DNA of 64,000 nt from the human T2T-CHM13v2.0 reference genome, Homo sapiens, in assembly GCF_009914755.1 (NCBI RefSeq), contig NC_060948.1; one strand, written 5' to 3'. This document shows positions 53,201 through 62,200 of the stretch, piece by piece. How positions within the stretch are numbered: position 1 is the stretch's first letter; each line of letters opens with the position of its first letter. The notes below the pieces were generated by a model. That model had not been told where the DNA came from and did no database searches. It saw only the letters and a list, made by a program, of their open reading frames with translations. The position numbers and the translations under genes were made by a program.

Positions 53201-56200
53201 CAGGTTCTTGGTCTTGCTCACTTCAAGAATGAAGCTGCAGACCTTTACGTTGAGTGTTACAGCATTTAAATGTGTTATGTCTAGAGATTCTTACATCAGA
53301 AGTGGTTAGAGTTCCTTCCTTCTGGGGGATTCATGGACTTGCTCATTTCAAGAATGAAGCTGCAGACCTTAGTGGTGAGTTTTACAGCACTTAAAGGTGT
53401 TATGTCCAGAGTTTGTTCCTTCAGATGTGTCCAGAGTTTCTTCCTTCTGGCAGGTTCGTGGTCTTGCTCACTTCAAGAATGAAGCTGCAGACCTTAGTTG
53501 TGAGCGTTACAGCACTTAAGTTTTTATGTCCAGAGTTTGTTCCTTCAGATATATCCAGAGTTTCTTCCTTCTGGTAGGTTCATGGTCTTGCTCACTTCAA
53601 GAATGAAACTGCAGACCCTTACGGTGAGTGTTACAGCACTTAAAGGTGTTATATCTAGACTTTGTTCCTTCAGATGTGTCCAGTTTCTTCCTTCTGGAAG
53701 GTTCATGGTCTTGCTCACTTCAAGAATGAAACTGTAGACCTTTACGGTGAGTGTTACAGCACTGAAAAATATTATGTCCAGAGTTTGCTCCTTCAGATGT
53801 GTCCAGAGTTTCTTCCTTCTGGCAGGTTCATGGTCTTGCTCCCTTCAAGAATGTAGCTGCAGAAGTTAGTGGTGAGTTTTACAGCACTTAAAGGTGTTAT
53901 GTCCATAGTTTGTTCCTTCAGATGTGTGCAGAGTTTCTTCCTTCTGGCAGGTTCATGGTATTGCTCACTTCAAGAATAAAGCTGCAGACCTTAGTGGTGA
54001 GTGTTACAGCACTTAAAGTTGTTATGTCCAGAGTTTGTTCCTTCAGATGTGTCCAGAGTTTCCTCCTTCTGGCAGGTTCATTGTCTTGCTCACTTCAAGA
54101 ATGAAACTGCAGACCCTTACGGTGAGTGTTACAGCACTTAAAGGAGTTATGCCCAGAGTTTTTTCCTTCAGATGTGTCCAGAGTTTCTTCATTCTGGCAG
54201 GTTCAAGGTCTTGCTCACTTCAAGAATGACGCGGCAGACCTTTACGGTGAGTGTTACAGCATTTAAAGGTGTTATGTCCAGAGTTTGTTCCTTCAGATGT
54301 GTCCAGTTTCTTCCTTCTGGCAGGTTCATGTTATTGCTCACTTCAAGAATGAATCTGTAGACCTTTACGGTGAGTGTTTCAGAAATGAAAGATGCTATGT
54401 CCAGAGATTTTTCCTTCAGATGTGTCCAGAGTTTCTTCCTTCTGGCAGGTTCATGGACTTGCTCACTTCAAGAATGACGCGGCAGACCTTTACGGTGAGT
54501 GTTACAGCATTTAAAGGTGTTATGTCCAAAGTTTGTTACATCAGATGTGTCTAGAGTTCCTTCCTTCTGGGAGTTTCATGTACTTGCTCATTTCAAGAAT
54601 GAAGCTGCAGACATTAGCGGTGAGTTTTACAGCACTTAAAGGTGTTATGTCCAGAGTTTGTTCCTTCAGATGTGTCCAGAGTTTCTTCCTTCTGGCAGGT
54701 TCATGGTCTTGCTCACTTCAAGAATGAAGCTTCAGACCTTAGTGGTGAGCGATACAGCCCTTTAGTTTTTATGTCCACAGTTTGTTCCTTCAGATAAGTC
54801 CAGAGATTCTTCCTTCTGGCAGGTTCATGGTCTTGCTCACTTCAAGAATGAAACTGCAGACCCTTACGGTGAGTGTTACAGCACTTAAAGGGGTTATGTC
54901 TAGAGTTTGTTCCTTCATATGTGTCCAGTTTCTTCCTTCTGGAAGGTTCATGGTCTTGCTCACTTCAAGAATGAAACTGTAGACATTTACGGTGAGTGTT
55001 ACAGCACTGAAAGATGTTATGTCCAGAGTTTGTTCCTTCAGATGTGTCCAGAGTTTCTTCCTTCTGGCAGGATCATTGTCTTGCTCACTTCAAGAATGAA
55101 GCTGCAGAACTTAGTGGTGAGTTTTACAGCACTTAAAGGTGTTACGTCCAGGGTTTGTTCCTTCAGATGTGTCCAGAGTTTCTTCCTTCTGGCAGGTTCA
55201 TGGTATTGCTCATTTCAAGAATGAAGCTGCAGACCTTAGTGGTGAGTGTTACAACACTTAAAGTTGTTATGTCCAGAGTTTGTTCCTTCAGATGTGTCCA
55301 GAGTTTCTTCCTTCTGGCAGGTTCATGGTCTTGCTCACTTTAAGAATGAAGCTGCAGACCTTTACGGTCAGTGTTACAGCACTTAAAGGTGTTAAGTCCA
55401 GAGTTTGTTCCTTCAGATGTGTCCAGAGTTTCTTCCTTCTGGCAGGTTCTTGGTCTTGCTCACTTCAAGAATGAAGCTGCAGACCTTTACGGTCAGTGTT
55501 ACAGCACTTAAAGGTGTTATGTCCTTAGTTTGTTCCTTCAGTTGTTTGCAGAATTTCTTCCTTCTGGCAGGTTCATGGTATTGCTCACTTCAAGAATGAA
55601 GCTGCAGACCTCAGTGGTGAGTGTTACAGCACTTAAAGTTTTTATGTCCAGAGTTTGTTCCTTCAGGTGTGTCCAGAGTTTCTTCCTTCTGGCAGGTTCA
55701 TGGTCTTGCTCACTTCAAGAATGAAGCTGCAGACCTTTACGGTGTGTGTTACATCATTTAAAGGTGTTATGTCCAGAGTTTGTTACATCAGATATGTCTA
55801 GAGTTCCTTCCTTCTGGGAGGTTCATGTACTTGCTCATTTCAAGGATGAAGCTGCAGACTTTAGTGGTGAGTTTTACAGCACTTAAAGGTGTTATGTCCA
55901 GAGTTTGTCCCTTCAGATGTGTCCAGAGTGTCTTCTTTCTGGCAGGTTCATGGTCTTGCTCACTTCAAGAATGAAGCTGCAGACCGTAGTGGTGAGCGTT
56001 ACAGCAGTTAAGTTTTTATGTCCAGAGTTTGTTCCTTCAGATAAGTCCAGAGTTTCTTCCTTCTGACAGGTTCATGGTCTTGCTCACTTCAAGAATGAAG
56101 CTGCAGAACTTAGTGGTGAGTTTTACAGCACTTAAAGGTGTTATGTCCAGAGTTTGTTAATTCAGATGTGTCCAGAGTTTCTTCCTTCTGGCAGGTTCAT

Positions 56201-59200
56201 GGTCTTGCTCACTTCAAGAATGAAACTGCAGACCCTTACGGTGAGTGTTACAGCACTAAAAGGTGTTATGTCCAGAGTTTGTTCCTTCAGATGTGTCCAG
56301 AGTTTCTTCCTTCTGGCAGGTTCATGGTCTTGCTCACCTCAAGAATGACGCGGCAGACCTTTACGGTGAGTGTTACAGCATTTAAAGGTGTTATGTCCAG
56401 AGTTTGTTCCTTCAGATGTGTCCAGTTTCTTCCTTCTGGCAGGTTCATGGTCTTGCCCCCTTCAAGAATGAATCTGTAGACCTTTACGGTGAGTGTTACA
56501 GCAATGAAAGATGTTATGTCCAGAGTTTGTTCCTTCAGATGTGTCCAGTGTTTCTTCCTTCTGGCAGGTTCATGGTCTTGCTCTCTTCAAGAATGAAGCT
56601 GCAGACCTTTACGTTACGGCACTTAAAGGTGTTATGTCCAGAGTTTGTTCCTACAGATGTATCCAGAGTTTCTTACTTCTGGCAGGTTCTTGGTCTTGCT
56701 CACCTCAAGAATGAAGCTGCAGACCTTTACGGTGAGTGTTACAGCATTTAAAGGTGTTATGTCCAGAGTTTGTTCCTTCAGATGTGTGCAGAGTTTCTTC
56801 CTTCTGGCAGGTTCATGGACTTGCTCATTTCAAGAATGGAGCTGCAGACCTTAGTGGTGAGTTTTACAGCATTTAAAGGTGTTAGGTCCAGAGTTTGTTC
56901 CTTCAGATGTGTCCAGAGTTTCTTCCTTCTGGCAGCTTCATGGTCTTGCTCACTTCAAGAATGAAGCTGCAGACCTTAGTGGTGACCGTTACAGCACTTA
57001 AGTTTTTATGTCCAGAGTTTTTTCCTTTAGATATATCTAGAGTTTCTTCCTTCTGGCAGGTTCATGGTCTTGCTCAATTCAAGAATGAAACTGCAGACCC
57101 TTCCGGTGAGTGTTACAGCATTTAAAGGTGTTATGTCTAGACTTTGTTCCTTCAGATGTGTCCAGTTTCTTCTTTCTGGAAGGTTCATGGTCTTGCTCAC
57201 TTCAAGAATGAAACAGTAGACCTTTACGGTGAGTGTTACAGCACTTAAAGTTGTTATGTCCAGAGTTTGTTCCTTCAGATGTGTGCAGAGTTTCTTCCTT
57301 CTGGCAGGTTCTTGGTCTTGCTCACTTCAAGAATGAAGCTACAGACCTTTACGGTGAGTGTTACAGCATTTAAAACTGTTATGTCCAGAGTTTCTAACAT
57401 CAGATGTGTCTAGAGTTCCTTCCTTCTGGGAGATTCATGGACTTGCTCATTTCAAGAATGAAGCTGCAGACCTTAGTGGTGAGTTTTACAGCACTTAAAG
57501 GTGTTATGTCCAGAGTTTGTTCCTTCAGATGTGTCCAGAGTTTCTTCCTTCTTGCAGGTCGTGGTCTTGCTCACTTCCTTAATGAAGCTGCAGACCTTTA
57601 CGTTGAGCGTTACAGCACTTAAAGGTGTTATGTCCAGAGTTTGTTCCTTCAGATGTGTCCAGAGTTTCTTTCTTCTGGCAGGTTCATGGTCTTGCTCACT
57701 TCAAGAATGTAGCTCCAGTCCTTTACGGTGAGTGTTACAGCACTTAAAGGTGTTATATCCAGAGTTTGTTCCTTCAGATGTGTCCAGCATTTCTTCCTTC
57801 TGGCAGGTTCATGGTCTTGCTCACCTCCAGAATGAAAATGCAGAACTTTACGGTGAGGTTTACAGCATTTAAAAGTGTTATGTCCAGAGTTTTTTCCTTC
57901 AGATGTGTCCAGAGTTTCTTCCTTCTGACAGGTTTGTCGTCTTGCTCACTTCAAGAATGAAGCTGCACACCTTAGTGGTGAGCGTTACAGCACTTAAGTT
58001 TTTAAGTCCAGAGTTTGTTCCTTCAGATGTGTCCAGGGTTTCTTCCTTCTGGCAGGTTCATGGTCTTGCTGACCTCAAGAATGAAGCTGCAGACCTTTAC
58101 GGTGAGTGTTACAGCATTTAAATGTGTTATGTCCAGAGTTCGTTCATTCAGATGTGTCCAGTATTTCTTCCTTGTGGCAGGTTCATGGTCTTGCTCACTT
58201 CACGAATGAAGCTGCAGACCTTTACGCTGAGTTTTACAGCACTTAAAACTGTTAAGTCCAGAGTTTCTTCCTTCAGATGTGTCCAGAGTTTCTTCCTTCT
58301 GGCAGGTTCATCGTCTTGTTCACTTCAAGAATGAAGCTGCAGACATTTACGGTGACTGTTACAGCATTCAAATGTGTTATGCCCAGAGATTTTTCCTTCA
58401 GATGTGTCCAGAGTTTCTACCTTCTGGCAGGTTGATGGTCTTGCTCACTTGAAGAATGAAGCTGCAGACCTTTACGTTGAATGTTACAGCACTTAAAGGT
58501 GTTATGTCCAGAGTTTTTTCCTTCAGATGTGTCCAGAGTTTCTTTCTTCTGGTAGGTTCATGGTCTTGCTCACTTCAAGAATGAAACTGCAGACCTTACG
58601 TTGAGTGTTACAGCACTTAAAGGTGTTATGTCCAGAGTTTGTTCCTTCAGATGTGTCCACTTTCCTCCTTCTGGCAGGTTCATGGTCTTGCTCACTTCAA
58701 GAATGAATCTGTAGACTGTTACGGTGAGTGTTACAGCACTGAATCATGTTATGTCCAGAGTTTGTTCCTTCAGATGTGTCTAGAGTTTGTTCCATCTGTC
58801 AGGATCTTGTCCTTGCTCACTTCAAGAATGAAGCTGTAGAACTTAGTGGTGTGTTTTACACCACTTAAAGGTGTTATGTCCAGAGTTTCTTCCTTCAGAT
58901 ATGTCCAGAGTTTCTTCCTTCTGACAGGTTCATGGTCTTGCTGACCTCAAGAATGAAGTTGCAGACCTTTACGGTGAGTGTTACAGCACTTAAAGGTGTT
59001 ATGTCCAGTGTTTTTTCCTTCAGATGTGTCCAGAGTTTCTTCATTCTGGCAGTTTCATGGTCTTGCTCACTTCAAGAATGAAGCTGCAGAACGTAGTGGT
59101 GAGTTTTACAGCACTTAAAGGTGTTATGTCCAGAATTTGTTCCTTCAGATGTGTCCAGAGTTTCTTCCTTCTCGCCGGTTCATGCTCTTGCTCACTTCAA

Positions 59201-62200
59201 GAATGAAGCTGCAGACCTTAGTGGTGAGTGTTACAGCACTTAAAGATGTTATGTCCAGAGTTTGTTCCTTCAGATGTGTCCAGAGTTTCTTCCTTCTGGC
59301 AGGTTCATGGTCTTGCTCACTTCCAGAATGAAGCTGCAGACCTTTACGGTCAGTGTTAAAGCACTTAAAGGTGTTATGTCCAGAGTTTGTTCCTTCAGAT
59401 GTTTCCAGAGTTTCTTCCTTCTGGCAGGTTCATGGTCTTGCTCACTTCAAGAATGAAGCTGCAGACGATTACGGTGAGTGTTACAGCATTTAAAGGTGTT
59501 ATGTCCATAGTTTGTTCCTTCAGATGTGTGCAGAGTTTCTTCCTTCTGGCAGGTTCATGGTATTGCTCATTTCAAGAATGAACCTGCAGACCTTACTGGT
59601 GAGTGTTACAGCACTTAAAGTTTTTATGTCCAGAGTTTGTTCCTTCAGATGTGTCCAGAGTTTCTTCCTTCTGGCAGGTTCATGGTCTTGCTCACTTCAA
59701 GAATGAAGCTGCAGACCTTAGTGGTGAGCGTTACAGCACTTAAGTTTTTATGTCCAGGGTTTGTTCCTTCAGATAATTCCAGAGTTTCTTCCTTCTGGCA
59801 GGTTCATGGTCTTGCTCACTTCAAGAATGAAGCTGCAGACCTCAGTGGTGAGTTTTACAGCACTTAAAGTTGTTATGTCCAGAGTTTGTTCCTTCAGATG
59901 TGTCCAGAGTTTCTTCCTTCTGGCAGGTTCATGGTCTTGCTCAATTCAAGAATGACGCGGCAGAGCTTTACGGTGAGTGTTACAGCATTTAAAGGTGTTA
60001 TGTCCAGAGTTTGTTCCTTCAGATGTGTCCACTTTCTTCCTTCTGGCAGGTTCATGGTCTTGCTCACTTCAAGAATGAAACTGTAGACCTTTACGGTGAG
60101 TGTTACAGCAATGAAAGATGCTATGTCCAGAGTTTGTTCCTTCAGATGTGTCCAGAATTTCTTCCTTCTGGCATGTTCATGGTCTTGCTCACTTCAAGAA
60201 TGAAGCAGCAGATCTTTACGGTGAGTGTTACAGCATTTAAAGTTGTTATGTCCAGAGTTTGTTCCTTCAGATGTGTCCAGAGTTTCCTCTTTCTGGCAGG
60301 TTCATGGTCTTGCTCACTTCAAGAATGAAGCTGCAGACCTTAGTGGTGAGCGTTACAGCACTTAAGTTTTTATGTCCAGAGTTTGTTCCTTCAGATAAGT
60401 CCAGAGATTCTTCCTTCTGGCAGGTCCATGGTCTTGCTCACTTCAAGAATGGAACTGCAGACCCTTACGGTGAGTGTTACAGCACTTAAAATTGTTATGT
60501 CTAGAGTTTGTTCCTTCATATATGTCCAGTTTCTTCCTTCTGGAAGGTTCATGGTCTTGCTCACTTCAAGAATGAAACTGTAGACCTTTACGGTGAGTGT
60601 TACAGCACTGAAAGATGTTATTTCCAGAGTTTGTTCCTTCAGATGTGTCCAGAGTTTCTTCCTTCTGGCAGGTTCATGGTCTTGCTCACTTCAAGAAAGA
60701 AGCTGCAGAACTTAGTGGTGAGTTTTACAGCACTTAAAGGTGTTATGTCCAGAGTCTGTTCCTTCAGATGTGTCCAGAGTTTCTTCCTTCTGGCAGGTTC
60801 TTGGTCTTGCTCACTTCAAGAATGAAGCTGCAGACCTTAGTGGTGAGTGTTACAGCACTTAAAGGTGTTATGTCCAGAGTTTGTTCCTTCAGATGTGTCC
60901 AGAGTTTCTTCCTTCTGGCAGGTTCATGGTCTTCTTCACTTCAAGAATGAAGCTGCAGACCTTTACGGTGAGTGTTACATCATTTAAAGGTGTTATGTCC
61001 ATAGTTTGTTCCTTCAGATGTGTGCAGAGTTTCTTCCTTCTGGGAGGTTAAAGTACTTGCTCATTTCAAGAATGAAGCTGCAGAACTTAGTGGTGAGCAG
61101 TACAGCAGTTAATTTTTTATGTCCAGGGTTTGTTCCTTCAGATGAGTCCAGAGTTTCTTCCTTCTGGCAGGTTCATGGTCTTGCTCACTTCAAGAATGAA
61201 GCTGCAGAACTTAGTGGTGAGTTTTACAGCACTTAAAGGTGTTATGTCCAGAGTTTGTTCCTTCAGATGTGTCCAGAGTTTCTTCCTTCTGGCAGGTTCA
61301 TGGTCTTGCTCACTTCAAGAATGAAGCTGCAGAACTTAGTGGTGAGTGTTACAGCACTTAAAGGTGTTATGTCCAGAGATTGTTCCTTCAGATGTGTCCA
61401 GATTTTCTTCCTTCTGGCAGGTTCATGGTCTTGCTCACTTCAAGAATGAAGCTGCAGACCGTAGTGGTGGGTGTCACAACACTTAAAGATGTTATTTACA
61501 GAGTTTGTTCCTTCAGATGTGTCCAGAGTTTCTTCCTTCTGGCAGGTTCGTGGTCTTGCTCACTTCAAGAATGAAGCTGCAGACCTTTACGGTGAGTGTT
61601 ACAGCACATAAAGGTGTTATGTCCAGAGTTTGTTCCTTCAGATGTGTCCAGAGTTTCTTCCTTCTGGCAGGTACATGGTCTTGCTCACTTCAAGAATGAG
61701 GCGGCAGTCGTTTACGGTGAGTGTTACAGCATATAAACGTGTTATGTCCAGAGTTTGTTCCTTCAGATGTGTCCAGTTTCTTCCTTCTGGCAGGTTCATG
61801 GTCTTTCTCACTTCAAGAATGAAACTATAGAACTTTACGGTGAGCGTTACAGCAATGAAAGATGCTATATCCAGAGTTTGTTCCTTCAGATGTGTCCAGA
61901 GTTTCTTCCTTCTGGCAGATTCATGGTCTTGCTCACTTCAAGAATGAAGCTGCAGACCTTTACGGTGAGTGTTACAGCATTTAAATGTTTTATGTCCAGA
62001 GTTTGTTCCATCAGTTGTGTCTAGAGTTCCTTACTTCTGGGAGGTTCATGGACTTGCTCATTTCAAGAATGAAGCTGCATACCTTTACGGTGAGTGTTAT
62101 AGCACTTAAAGGTGTTATGTCCAGAGTTTGTTCCTTCAGATGTGTCCAGAGTTTCTTCCTTCTGGCAGGTTCATGGTCTTCCTCACTTCAAGAATGAAGC

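Noticed and set aside
60691-60712. AAGAAAGAAG (also ~63803 and ~27047) as a possible 129-bp insertion monomer
   Set aside because: It is a T>A substitution (AAGAATGAAG to AAGAAAGAAG) with no length change.
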